The translations under genes and the position numbers were made by a program. Source: Octopus vulgaris (lineage: Eukaryota). From it: 64,000 nt of DNA. How positions within the stretch are numbered: the stretch's first letter is position 1; each line of letters starts with the position of its first letter. The stretch covers positions 36,146,001 through 36,210,000 of the forward strand of contig OX597826.1 of NCBI GenBank assembly GCA_951406725.2, given 5' to 3'. Below the pieces are notes generated by a model. That model saw only the letters and a list, made by a program, of their open reading frames with translations. It did not search any database and was not told where the DNA came from. Of the stretch, positions 26,079-39,119 are shown piece by piece.

Positions 26079-26293
26079 CCTTTCTATTATAGGCACAAGG
26101 ACTGAAATTTTGGGAGGAGGAGGCCAGTCGATTGGATTAACCCCAGTGTGCAAGTAGTACTTAATTTATCGACCCTGAAATGATGAAAGGCAAAGTCGAC
26201 CTCGACGGAATTTGAATTCAGAACATAGTGGCAAACGAAATACCGCTTAGCATTTCACCTGGCATGCTAACGATTCTGCCAGCCCACAGCCTT
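26077..26293 (-). mobile_element. SINE family M, alternative tail
   Basis: Same head and centre as 28201-28432 but tail CCCAAAATTTCAG.CCTTGTGCCTATAATAGAAAGGA. Confidence 0.85.
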
Positions 26294-26300
26294 TAATAAA

Positions 26301-26332
<32 letters not shown>

Positions 26333-26351
26333 TAATAATAATAATAATAAA

Positions 26352-26906
26352 TGCCCTGATGCAGTACCAGGCAGTGGCTCTCATGGCTTCTGATCTTAAC
26401 TGATTGGAAGTGTTATCATGTACATTGTTTTGTCTTGGTATAAAAGATGGGCTACAGCAAATATTCTGCTCAATACCACAGAGTTGCTTGTCAGTTGTTT
26501 GACCGTAACCAGTTGAGCATGTCCCTTAGTGGCTGATGATATGTGCATCTCTGATCACGAGCAGAAGTAGTGGGGGAGCATCATAGCCATGTGTTGAGAG
26601 GGATTCTTTGGGGTTTGAATAATTCACCTCTGAAAACATGGGTGTTTCGTTCAACATCCTTAAACAACCCTTATTCAGGGACCATTTGAGTGGGATGGGT
26701 TACTCGACCTGAAGAAAATTCTAATTGGGCCCCACCTGCAAGGCCATGTGTTGTTTATCTAGATATGAGATCACCATGTCACGCACATATGGTTGTGATG
26801 CATGTGCCTAGTGTACCCTTATCAGACGGGTAGTCATGATGGGTATACTGGGTTTTGTATATTTTACCCCAGTGTCACTTTGATGGCATGCACTGCTCTC
26901 TCACTC
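26352..26906 (+). mobile_element. Complex ~555-bp segment embedded in (TAA)n, probable LINE 3' UTR
   Basis: Sharp boundaries with (TAA)n on both sides; no ORF. The assignment is an inference from the known (TAA)n targeting of Dong-type LINEs. Confidence 0.45.
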
Positions 26907-26922
26907 AATAATAATAATAATG

Positions 26923-26982
<60 letters not shown>

Positions 26983-26985
26983 GTA

Positions 26986-27034
<49 letters not shown>

Positions 27035-27042
27035 TAATAATT

Positions 27043-27250
27043 TTCTAGAATAGGTACAATGCCTGAAATTTGGGGTGAGTGGGCTAGTTCATTACATCAA
27101 CCCCACTGTGCATTTGGTACCTACTTTCTCGACCTGAAAAGATGAATGGCAGCACTGACCTCTGCAGGATTTGAACTCAAAATATAAGAAGTTGAACGAA
27201 ATACTGCAAAGCATTTTCCCCAATATTCTAATGAGTCTGCCTCCTTGCTA
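27043..27250 (-). mobile_element. SINE family M, degenerate
   Basis: Aligns to 26077-26293. Confidence 0.7.
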
Positions 27251-27255
27251 CTTTC

Positions 27256-27297
<42 letters not shown>

Positions 27298-28200
27298 GTA
27301 ATAATAATAATAATAATGATGATAATGATGATGATTATGATGATGTTGATGACGATGTCAATGAAGTCGACAACAACAACAACGACAAAGATGCTGAAAC
27401 AAAAACCCAAGTCAAAATGAAGAACTTGTACATTACAAAGCAGACTGCATATTAAATGCAAGCATAGAATTTTTGCTTCTGTGGCAGCAACTCTGTCTCT
27501 GGAATGGTGTAAATTATCAAGATTTTTCATAGCTGTTCCAAGTATTATGACAACCACAACTAATGTTAATGGAAAATGAATGATTTGCAATATGTTTCAG
27601 CAAGTTTAATGTGTTGTTTGCATGGAAGCCAGTTTAATACAATTGTATATGTTAAAGCATTATAGCTACCTCTTAGCTTCCGATTTAAATATTTTTTTCT
27701 ATATGTAGCATCTCTTGCAGAGTGCCAAATTTACCAGTATCTAATCCTTTCTCCACCTCCAAGTGATAAATTTTCCGAGTTCATGGTAAAAGAGTGGGGT
27801 TTTGGGTGGGGGGAAAAATTCTAGAATTTAGAAAAAAAGAAATCTGGGTTAAAAGCTAAAATCCTGAAGCAATCATGGCTCTGAATGTTGAACTGTTTAA
27901 AAATAATACAAGGCACAAGAGAAATGGGAAAAAGAACAGGCATTATGGTAACAATCAAAGTTTAGAGGAAAGATGACATGATGGGCATTTTTGGCAAATG
28001 AGGAAGAGGCAGCAGGTGAAGAATGCTTTGTGTCGTCAATAATGGCAACATGAGAGGGAAGGTTGTGAATAAGGTGATGTAGTCGTTGGTGGTGTTGTCT
28101 TGCACCCAGGTCAGTCCTTATAGAGTAGGCCAATAACAAACAGTGGGTTGAGGCCTGATCCACAAAGTCTTCTTCCTACTTACATTATGTTTGCATCTCT

Positions 28201-28432
28201 ATTTCTTTATTGCCCACGAGGGGCTGAACACAGAGGGGACAAACAAGGACAGACAAAGGGATTAAGTCGATTATATCGACCCCAGTGCGTAACTGGTACT
28301 TAATTTATCGATCCAGAAAGGATGAAAGGCAAAGTCGACCTCGGCGGAATTTGAACTCAGAACGTAGCGGCAGATGAAATACCACTAAGCATTTCACCTG
28401 GCGTGCAAACGATTCTGCCAGCTCGCCGCCTT
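28201..28432 (-). mobile_element. SINE family M, well-preserved copy
   Basis: Minus strand GGCGGCGAGCTGGCAGAATCG...GAGTTCAAATTCCGCCGAGGTCGACTTTGCCTTTCATCCTTTC...GGGCAATAAAGAAAT. Confidence 0.9.
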
Positions 28433-29194
28433 CTGACCCCTTATTTCTTTATTGCCCACATAGTCGAGGGACCACCCTCATCACACCTGTATGAAACTGG
28501 GCTTACAGAGCCCTCTCCACAGTTTGATTTATTCCTGGGTATTGCCAGATTCCATGGGTGGGGGAGGAGAGCATAGCAGAGACAGACAAAGGGGTCACAT
28601 AGTCTGAGCATGACAGTTGTTAGTCATCACTTCTTCAGTGATACACAACCATGTACAATGTTTGAGGTTAACAAAGTTATTAATGAAGCCACTATTTCTG
28701 TGTCTACTGGTGGATGTGGTGATGCTGATGGTGGTGGTGGTGGTGATACCATGTCATGTATCCTTAATGATGAGAGAGATTATTTTAAGGATTTTGTCAT
28801 AGTATTACACATATGTATCATGGTTGCTGGGTTGGAGTTTGCATGGAGTAAACAGGAATTGCAGAAGCCCCTAATTGACCCCTTAATTTGCAAGTAATTA
28901 CAGCCAGATCTTCCTCAAAAACCATCTTACCATTTTCAACATTGTTAAATATTCCAGATAAAATTATACCAAATGTACTCTACCAGGAAAGAAGATACGA
29001 TGGTCCCACCTAAAATGTCAGTGGAAGGGGAAGAAGGAACAGTAAGGTTGGGTGATGCAGATTGATGTTGGGCCTTCCTCATGTGGTGATATAGCACCTC
29101 AGTAAATGGCAATACTCTAATGTGCTGCAGCATGGCATATGTAGTGGTTTCCCACTGCATATTTGGTCCATAAACAAAGCACACACACTATAGG

Positions 29195-29372
29195 TAGGTA
29201 GAGTAATATGCTTTATTATATAAGCTGCAAAAACATCACAAAAATCTGCTACTCAGAGTTTCACATTCGCGTTCGTTGGTCAGTTGTGATCCTACCAGAT
29301 GAAAAAGAACGTGAATTTCTGAGTAGCAGCTTTTTGTGATATTTTTGTGATGTTTTTGCAGATTTAATAATA

Positions 29373-29376
<4 letters not shown>
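29195..29376. mobile_element. Decayed fold-back relative of the 9651-9928 family
   Basis: Shares GGTAGAGTAATATGCTTTATT and AAAATCTG.TACTC.GAGTTTC with 9711-9774; the inverted arm carries TCTGAGTAGCAG. HHR cores are mutated. Confidence 0.7.
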
Positions 29377-29420
<44 letters not shown>

Positions 29421-29640
29421 GAATACGCATGATAGCACAGGTAGTATCTATGATTTTGAAGATGCATGCTATAAAAGTCCATGTATGATAAACAGGAAAG
29501 GGTTTGTTACACGAAGGGCATCCAGCTATAAAACAATGCCTGGGAAATATCTCCTTATGTAATTCATGCTAACATGAAGCAAAAAAAAACAGGCATAAAA
29601 ACAAAGGAATAAGAATAGTATTTTTGGGTCTACTATATTT

Positions 29641-30000
29641 AAGGCTGTGTGGTATGAAGATTGTTTCTTTACAAGATGGTTCCAGGTTCAGTCCCACTGT
29701 GTGACACCTTGGGCAAGTGTCTTTTATTATAGCTTCAGATAGACCAAAGACTTCTGAGTGGATTTCGTGGATAGAAACTGAAAGAAGCCTTTGCCCTTCA
29801 CCACCACTTGGTAGCCGGTGTTGGTATGTTTTTGTCCCTGTAACTTAGTGGTTTGGCAATAGAAACCAAGAGAGTATGTAGCATGTTTAAAAAAGAAAAT
29901 AAGCCCTGGGGTTGATTCATTTGGCTAAAAATTCTTCAAGATGCTGCCCCAGCTTGGCCACAGTCTAATCACTGAAACATGTAAAAGATAAACAATAAAA
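29641..30000 (+). mobile_element. SINE family K lacking the internal microsatellite
   Basis: GGCTGTGTGGTA...GGTTCAGTCCCACTG...ACTGAAACATGTAAAAGA. Confidence 0.8.
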
Positions 30001-31189
30001 GATCTAATGCAGTCTTCTTTTTTTTAAACCAGACGGATGTGATAAACTGCAAACATAGCTGTTGTTTCTAGCAGGTTCAGTGATTGCCTGGACCCTTCCC
30101 TACTGATTCATATTAGCTGTTAATGAATTTGCTGAGAGGTGGGGGTTGGCAGGAATGGATTTTTTATTTATTTATTTAATATTCAAGTTGATATAATGGA
30201 TCTGCTTTGTGTTGTCGACATATCTGATATTGATCTGTTTAAGTTGCTGAAAAAATATTGATCTCTGGGTTTAATTTTTAACTTATGATGATGTTAGGCA
30301 TGTGTGTGTGTCTGTGTGTGTGTGTGTGTGTGCGTATATACAAGCATGTATAAATACACATCCTCATCCCCTTCGTCATCAGCATTGTCATATATATATG
30401 TGTGTATACATATATATATGTGTATATGTAAATATATATATATATGCATGTATGTATAAATATATATGTATATATATATACATAAACATATACGTATATA
30501 TATATATATATGTATATGTAAATACATATATATATTTTATATATATATATATATATATGTATATGTATATTTAAATATATATATATATATATGTAAATAT
30601 ATATATATATATACATTGTACATATACACACACACATATACATATTCGTATATACACACATGCTCAAACACACATATATATATATATGCTAGCGCATGTA
30701 TTTAGAAATGTCTGTATGTGTATATGTATATAGGAATACACTCCTAAATGTATAAAGGGGGGGAAGCAGAAAGAAGGGAAGAAATTAATGGAGAAAGAAG
30801 AAAAGAAAGAGAAGAAAAAAGGGAGGGGGGCTTTTAATGGATAAAATTTAAAATTATTCCATATATTTTCTGAAACTAACAGAATTTTTTAAGAAAGGAG
30901 ATTCTATGGTAACTACTACTACTACTAATACTGCTACTAGTACACCATAAGTATCACTTCATTTTCCATCATCATAAAGATCACCATCAGCACCACTATC
31001 TAAGTTTCTTAATCATTCTCCGCCAGTGCCACCACCACAATCATCATTATCATCATCATAATCGCTGTCATCATGTTCAGCATCATCGTCAGCATCTTCA
31101 TCATCATCACCATCAACATCATCTTAATTGGCATTATTTACCCACCACCACAACCTTCACCTGTATCATCAGGTGTATTAATGGTAACT

Positions 31190-31573
31190 GTGGAGGCGCA
31201 ATGGCCCAGTGGTTAGGGCAGCGGACTCGCGGTCATAGGATCGCGGTTTCGATTCCCAGACCGGGCGTTGTGAGTGTTTACTGAGCGAAAACACCTAAAG
31301 CTCCACGAGGCTCTGGCAGGGGATGGTGGTGATCCCTGCTGTACTCTTTCACCACAACTTTCTCTCACTCTTACTTCCTGTTTCTGTTGTACCTGTATTT
31401 CAAAGGGCCGGCCTTGTCACTCTCTGTGTCACGCTGAATGTCCCCGAGAACTACGTTAAGGGTACACGTGTCTGTGGAGTGCTCAGCCACTTACACGTTA
31501 ATTTCACGAGCAGGCTGTTCCGTTGATTCGGATCAACCAGAACCCTCATCGTCGTAACCAATGGAGTGCTTCC
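31190..31573 (+). mobile_element. tRNA(Arg)-like SINE, head A + tail X, full length
   Basis: A box TGGCCCAGTGG, B box GGTTTCGATTCC. 13-bp TSD ATTAATGGTAACT at 31177-31189 and 31574-31586. Confidence 0.9.
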
Positions 31574-31734
31574 ATTAATGGTAACTAAATATCCTTCACA
31601 TCCTACCATGTTACAGTACTGAACAGGACATGAGATAATATCTCATATAATAAGTTAAAATATATAAGTTAAAATATGTAATAAGTTAAAATAAGCTAAA
31701 ACTAGTTTGGTCCTAGACCCTCACTGTACCAAGA

Positions 31735-31925
31735 CACTAGATTTGCTGAAAATAGCAGCCAAAACCTCCTTTAAATCAGATCCTACATAAATTCTTAAAA
31801 ACAGGACAGATTGGACAATGTTTGCCTAAATATACAAGGAGACAGTTTGCATGGAGCTAGCGACATTTTGATCATTGGTCTGCTCGATCAGGGCTGACCG
31901 AGGGTTAAACAACAACAACACCAGT
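31735..31925 (+). mobile_element. Unclassified retroelement 3' end with (CAA)n tail
   Basis: TTTGATCATTGGTCTGCTCGATCAGGGCTGACC..GGGTTAAACAACAAC; a weakly similar fragment lies near 36850-37020. Confidence 0.35.
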
Positions 31926-32257
31926 ACCAGCAGCCACAAGAACAACAACAGCTTGATCATTGACTTGGAGTGATTTGGAATGCATCAACAACAATAACAC
32001 CAGCAGCAGCAGCAGCATTGGCAACACTAATTCCAACAAGAACATCAGCATCAACATGAACTACTTTGGAATCCTGTGTGAAGTTGCTCAACCCACACAA
32101 AAGTATAGCTAAATCTTCCTCAAATACTACTTTAATGCAATAATAAGAGTAAATATAATAATACCAATTAAAGCAATATATAGATACAGGATAGACTAAT
32201 AGTGCCACCACCACAATCATCATCATCATCATCTCATCATCATTATCATAACCATTG

Positions 32258-32307
<50 letters not shown>

Positions 32308-32309
<2 letters not shown>

Positions 32310-32535
32310 GTGTTAGTATGCTGGCCAAAATGCTTAGCTGCATTTCATCCATCTTTACATTTTGGGTTCAATTTCCATCAAGGAAGACATGATGGTCATG
32401 GATGGAAAGTTAGTTAAGTTTGTCATTCATCCTTTTGGGATTGATAAAATAAGTAGTGGCTGATTACTGGAGTCGATGTAATCAACTTATTCCCACCCCT
32501 GAAATTGCTGGCCTTGTGCCAAAATTGGAGACCAA
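32308..32535 (+). mobile_element. SINE family M, degenerate, with a 36-bp foreign insert
   Basis: Matches family M on both sides of 32383-32418. Confidence 0.7.
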
Positions 32536-33057
32536 TATAATTATGTATCTCTTTATATTTAACACACTCCTGTATGCAAAAACCCTGAAGACGCTCGCTG
32601 CAGACATAGTTTCTCCAAGACAAGAGTCTACAGGGGACATTGTTTTTATACACAAAATCTGTAAGTAGATATTATCGTCTGAGACAAGAATACCAGGGTG
32701 AATGCTCTCCATACTCTAGAGTATAGGAATGTTAAATATCAATAATGCGTACATCGATATTTTCATTGTCACTGGTTCATGCAACTGTTATGGATAAAAT
32801 CAATGTGACATACAAGAAGACATGATGGTCATGGATGGAAAGTTAGTTAAGCAGTAAATACTCAACACATGAGGATACATCTCTCAGCATGTTTTAATAG
32901 CATCAGAAAATGGCAGAAGCTGTGCCTCTACATGTATCAGACGCTGAAACCCTTACAAGACTGCCTCAACAAAGTCTACAAAATGACTGACAAACAACAG
33001 GATTTGCAAATAGTTCAGAAAAACTACAATGCCCTCAATTATAACAACAAGAGAAAT

Positions 33058-33273
33058 AATCCTTTCTAATGCAGGCACAAGGCCTGAAATTTGGGGGGAG
33101 GGAGCTATTCGATCACATCGACCCCAGTGTTTTACTGGTATTTAATTTATCGACCCTGAAAGGATGAAAGGTAAAATCAACCTTGGCAGAATTTGAACTC
33201 AGAACATAGCGACTGGTGAAATACTACTAAGCATGTCATCCAGTGCACTAGCGATTCTGCCAGCTTGCTGCGT
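33058..33273 (-). mobile_element. SINE family M, alternative tail
   Basis: Aligns to 26077-26293. Confidence 0.8.
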
Positions 33274-35459
33274 TAACAACAACAGAAATAATACAAACAG
33301 GAAGTGGTATTGTTATCTTTATTACTCAATGTCACAGATTAGCAGAGAATATATTTCGAAATGAATGCTTCCCGTGGAATAAATGAAAAATGAAATGTTT
33401 GAAAGAATAATGCAAACATCTCTGAAGTACCGCAGTAATGGTGTTAAAGACACCATTATATAACTAAATGATTTTATATTCATACAACATTCACATAGCA
33501 ATAAAGCAGAAAACATTCTTTCAGTTTGAACATAAGACTTTGATAATTTCAAATTATCCTCAATTTATTCACAAGGGAGTTAGTCTGGTTCATATATATA
33601 AAAGCTTACTTCCAATAAACAGATATCACAAATAACATTCATAAATCAATGGGAGATATTACTAAACTAGAACTGTAAGATTTCTTAATAAAAACCACCA
33701 ATACAAAGCATATTTATTTAATAACTGATGTCACCAACCATTTCATTGGATCACACAGCCCAAAAGAGATTTGAATGCACTGAACACATCTTGGTTTTCA
33801 AATAATACATATAATATAACAGGTGATACAATAACATCACAACTAAACTCTCTTTACATCCTAAACAATCCACATCTGCAAAACTAACTTTTTACATCTC
33901 TTTCACACATTGCATTCTATTCCACACACACAACTAACACAGACCTGCTGGTAAGCAATTCCTTAACTTTTCTTGCATCACCTCACCTAGTTAATACATT
34001 GGCACTGGAGAAAAGCAAACACACTTTTATCGACTTCGTAAAAGCACAAGGAAACGAATACCTTGAAGACACAGAATCAATGTTTTTTAAATTTTTTTAA
34101 AGATTCAATCAATGCAATCACCAACATAGATATTGCAATACAAACAAAGCACCAAAAGGAAACAAACAACCTGCTGAAGATGTCGAGAGTGATCGTTTGT
34201 TGCCACAACAAACTCTAATTCTCATAGTTGTCCTCGTTACACGATGCACACACAGCATTCCAGAGCACTTATACAACAACAAACTCAAAATACTATTATT
34301 TTATTTTATTTTAAATTCATAACGATATGGGTTTCCATTTTGAAAAGAAATACGTTCTTCTGATGTAAACCTGAATTCATTTTTATGTTTTGATTTCACC
34401 CAATTTTATCCATCAACATTATCCCAGTTGCTAGGAATGGGTTTTAAGTGTTACATTAAATAAAAATTAGAAATCAATTTAGCTATTTCACTCCATATTT
34501 TAGCCATTTTATAGGGTTTTGTTTTAGAATTTCTTGTTACATTTTAAAATTTTCAACAAAAATATAAATCTAATCCTTTATTTATTCCAGCTGATTGACC
34601 AAATATTTTGCAATTATGCTATCATTTCTCCAACCCATCTCTTGGGTGCAAATGGAAAGCTTTATCAACATTGCCTCCATTTGTAAAAATACAGCCATAG
34701 TTTTCTTGTCCTCCCTCCCACCAAAATTTCATTGATCTTACCCCATACTTTTACAGTTTGTTGATATTAAGAATATTGGTAGTGAGATAATTACTGCATT
34801 TATACATTAACTTTCCAATTATAATTTACAATTTCCATTTGCAAAGAATTCTGGGAAGTAATAATCATCAACAAATATTTCAGATTAAAATTTATAATTC
34901 ACGTTTTACTGGTTTTTCTTGTTCTTTTTTTTTGTTTGTTTTTGTATTATTTGTTATCACATTTTTATAAATAAAATAATAACAGAAAGAAAAAGATAAA
35001 ACATTTTAACACAAATGATTGGAAGATTAGAGAGAGGAGGAGAGAAAGAGAGAGAGAGAGAATGAGGGAGAGGCATATAAGGTGTACGAGTGTGTATGTA
35101 TATATGTGAATGTTTAAAATCAGAGGAGAAAATATGGAAGATTATGGAAATACATCAATAAATACTATAAGTTCTCGTCTTCGATATATTTTTTTTCTCT
35201 TTCTAACCCTGTTTCCAATATTTATACAATTGCATCATTTGTTTTTCAGTCTGGTGCCGATATTCATGCATTAGTGACATAATGATAACCTGTTAAATTA
35301 AAATTGCTATGCCACACAAAAGTTTGACATTTCTGCTAAAATGCATTTCGATTATTTCTTTGAAATAAAAAAAAAAACACAGAAACATATAGTTCTTCCC
35401 CCAACTTGCATATCATATATACTTAGCTAAATATGCACACATCCACACACATATATATA

Positions 35460-35462
35460 TAT

Positions 35463-35505
<43 letters not shown>

Positions 35506-35512
35506 CACAAAG

Positions 35513-35551
<39 letters not shown>

Positions 35552-35558
35552 CACAAAG

Positions 35559-35596
<38 letters not shown>

Positions 35597-35603
35597 CACA
35601 AAG

Positions 35604-35650
<47 letters not shown>

Positions 35651-35665
35651 AAGATATAAATATAT
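35460..35665. repeat. Minisatellite: (TA)n + CATACACAAAGATATAA unit, about 4 copies
   Basis: ACACAAAGATATAA recurs four times, separated by (TA)n of variable length. Confidence 0.9.
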
Positions 35666-36432
35666 ATATATGTATGTATATATATATATACACACACACA
35701 TAAATATATGCTTGTGTGTGTGTATATATATGGTATATTTTTTAACTGTATCTTTTGATTCGATGAAATATTTATAGAATTTCTAGGGGAAAAAAAATGT
35801 AACAATTCTCTCTCTTCCTCCATATAATGAAAGGTTAATTCCTACCCAGATACAATTTATGAGTTGTGTACTTGTTGTTTATAACTATCATTTATTCATT
35901 CAATGTGATAACAGAAACAGAAGCACATCAATGCTCAAGGACTTTTAGAGGCATAGATTGGTATCTTTTTTTCTTTTTGTCTTACTTTTTATTTATTTTT
36001 TTGCTTGTTGTCAAGAACAATAAGGGAGGATGATTATAGTGTAAACTTTTGCAAGGATTCTATTTCATTCCTGAAGTAACACTATCATGGTAGTTCTTGA
36101 AAAAATAAGCACCATTGATATAAATATGGCACAATGCAGAAATGATTAAGAATTATTTTATTTCTATGAAATATATTCTCAAAGCAAGCTCTTCCATGTC
36201 ATACTGGAACCATATGTAATGCTTATTCAGTTAAACAGTTTCGTTTTTTACAATATATTGATGTTTATAGGCTTTAAAATAAATGCCATAAATTATTGTT
36301 GTAACTATTCATTTTACTTTTGGCCTCAGCTTGATGGACATATAAGGGTTTAAAATATGTTCTAAAGGGTCAGTGTTTGTACCCCCTTTATTACTGGTTT
36401 ATTCATGCAGAATGTGCTCTCATAATTATAGA

Positions 36433-36508
36433 CAATGTAATCCTGAAAAACATCATATGCAATGTAATCCTGAAAAATATTATATTCAATGTAATCGTGA
36501 AATAATAT
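36433..36508. repeat. 27-bp tandem repeat, about 3 copies
   Basis: CAATGTAATC(C/G)TGAAA starts at 36433, 36460 and 36487. Confidence 0.85.
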
Positions 36509-37168
36509 CTTTTGCATAATATGCACTCACTTTTCTTTATTTCACAATGTATGGAAGAAGACATGCTTAGTCATATTATAAATGCTGTGTAAAAAGCATT
36601 GTAAAACTTCATATATCATAAATGAAACAAAAAGAGAAAGGAATTCGAAATTTAAGTTTGAACTTTCCTTGTATAAGCTGTAAAAATGCATCTGCTATAA
36701 AATGAGAATTATAGACATTATACAATGTTATTTCATAAAAACAAGGGGACATTAGACATGAATAAATAAGGTATGTAGGTACTGTACAAAATCAAAATAA
36801 TGAACGTTCATTTAAAAATCTGAAGTCAATGGGAAGAGACTCAGTGTGGTCACTCAGCCTGAAATAGCTACTGAATCTCTATTGTAATAAATCCTGTTGT
36901 CTTGTGAAAGGGAAAGACACATTTCACAGTGTGGTTCTAGATAATACTAAAACAAAACAGAATGGGTCATGGATCTCATTGATCATACGTACAGCCAGAT
37001 AGACTGAGCATACTTGGGAATTAGGAATATAGATTATGGACTTTGTATAGAGGAATATTGTTTCCAAATTTTATTCATATTTATTCTTAAACAAGAATGT
37101 TGTTGACAGTGGCTTCAAAGTCTCAGCCAGTGAAGCATTGTTTTACATCTGGCAGAAATATTGAAGTC

Positions 37169-37202
<34 letters not shown>

Positions 37203-38036
37203 GTACATACATACACACACACACACACAGTGTGTGTGTGTGTAATTCTTGTTTAAGAATAATATGTGTATATATATAGAGATAGAGATAGAGAGATAGA
37301 TTGTTAGATAGACATAAAGTAGTATTAGTACACACATTATCTCATATTAATGAAGTGAGTTTGATTATTATATTTTTATTTTTTATTTTGGAATTAAGTT
37401 TTGGTGACAAGGAGAGTGGTAAGGGAGAACAGATTTTGTATTTAATTAAAATAAATTGGTAAAATTCCTCCAGAGAGCAGCAATGAAAGCAACACAAAAT
37501 AGTAACTAGGGCTGAAATACTGGACAGAATAATTGATAATTTTTACCTTAAAAGATTATATATAGTAGTTGAAGAGATTTTTTATTATTTATAGGGTTTA
37601 GAAGTTCTAAATTCTTAATTATTTTTCAACATCTTTGATAAGATGTCAAGATTAGGCTTCTTAATTTAGAATTAACAAGACTGTTGATAGTTGGAAAACA
37701 TAGTTGGAAAACATTTTACATTTACAGGGAAGAAAGATTGCTTGATATAACCTTGGCTGGAATGATGCTATTAGATGGCAACATCCTGCTGTGCTCAGAG
37801 ATACACATGATGGTAGTTATTTCTGATAAGAAAAACCAAAAACCAAAAATCAAAAATGGTTCTACCTTCAATAACAGAATCTAGTTTTTGAAATTCTTTT
37901 GATTTTGAAGTTGATATTTAATGGTAGACTAAATAAAGGAAATTCAAAGGAGCCTGAAATTGAAGATGTTAAATGAAGTCTGGATGAAAGATGAAGAGAA
38001 TCATATCTGTAAATTCTCAGACAAAAGTCTACTGAG

Positions 38037-38124
<88 letters not shown>

Positions 38125-38272
38125 GGTATTGATTAATTGGGTTGGTAGAAGGTCATAGATTATTCTAAGAATAATAAGTAACTGATGGTAAGATCGCCGC
38201 TTATTTTAAGTGACCACATGGGGGAAAATGAAGGGCAATGTTATTTCCAGTTGTATTGCAACTCAAGACAGG

Positions 38273-38274
<2 letters not shown>

Positions 38275-38324
<50 letters not shown>

Positions 38325-38605
38325 CAGCAGCAGCAGCAGCAACAGTTGCAGCAGTAGTAGTAGTAATACCAACTGCAGTAGCAGCAGTTGCAGCAGTAGT
38401 AGTAGTAGTAACAGCTCCAGCAGCAGCTGTAGTAGTAGTAGTAGTAGTAGTAGTAGTTCTAGTAACAGCATCAGCAGCAGTAGTAGTAGTAGTAACAGCT
38501 CCAGCAGCAGCAGCAGTAGTAGTAGTAGTAGTAACAGCTCCAGTATTAGCAGTAGCAGCAGCAGTATTAGTAGTAGCAGCAGCATTATTAGTAGTAGTAG
38601 TAGTA
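38275..38605. repeat. (AGT)n/(AGC)n compound trinucleotide repeat
   Basis: Directly visible. Confidence 0.95.
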
Positions 38606-38849
38606 TGGTTGTGACTGTGCATTGCTACATCTGCCATTTGTTTGGGATTTCCTACTCCTGACAAACCACACTTTATACCCAACCCCTGCACTTAGGTGAC
38701 AATCCTCCAACCCATGGGTCTGTTTGAGTAACTGTTGCTGGTGAGCGTCCTACAAGGTCAGGGTTCAAATCCTACTTCAACCACTTTTTGATGCCTTTTT
38801 TGCAACACAAAAAAAACATTGGTTCTATTCTATGACACAGCAGCACTAG

Positions 38850-38965
38850 AACAACATGGAATAAAGTATTTTGTTCAGGAACACAACACACCACCCAGTC
38901 GAGGAACTGAACCCATGATCTGGCAATCAGGAATGCAACACCCTGACCACTATACCGTATACCTT
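38850..38965 (-). mobile_element. SINE head B fragment
   Basis: Minus strand TAGTGGTCAGGG...GGTTCAGTTCC...TTGTGTTCCTGAACAAAATACTTTATT; a similar fragment lies at 3450-3545. Confidence 0.6.
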
Positions 38966-39119
38966 CACTAAGCAATGAATCTAAATGTGTGTGGTATTGG
39001 TATATATTTAGTTCCTGGACTGAATGGTGATTTGTGTTTTTCAACAGTGCCACATCATTTTCCACTTGCCGGGTATACTCAGCCAAAATGAGTACAGCCT
39101 AGTTCTAGTGCAGCCCCCT

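Noticed and set aside
28443-28459. ATTTCTTTATTGCCCA repeated on both sides of the SINE at 28201
   Set aside because: It equals the SINE's own 3' end, so a TSD cannot be distinguished from a second tail fragment.
31190-31270. tRNA-Arg-like sequence (also 52781, 54271 and the heads at 7230-7306 and 42235) as real tRNA genes
   Set aside because: Acceptor, anticodon and T stems do not pair properly, and each continues into a repeat body; these are SINE or pLTR heads.
35460-36508. Spaced short direct repeats as a CRISPR-like array
   Set aside because: The spacers are (TA)n or absent, the context is eukaryotic and there are no cas genes; these are ordinary minisatellites.
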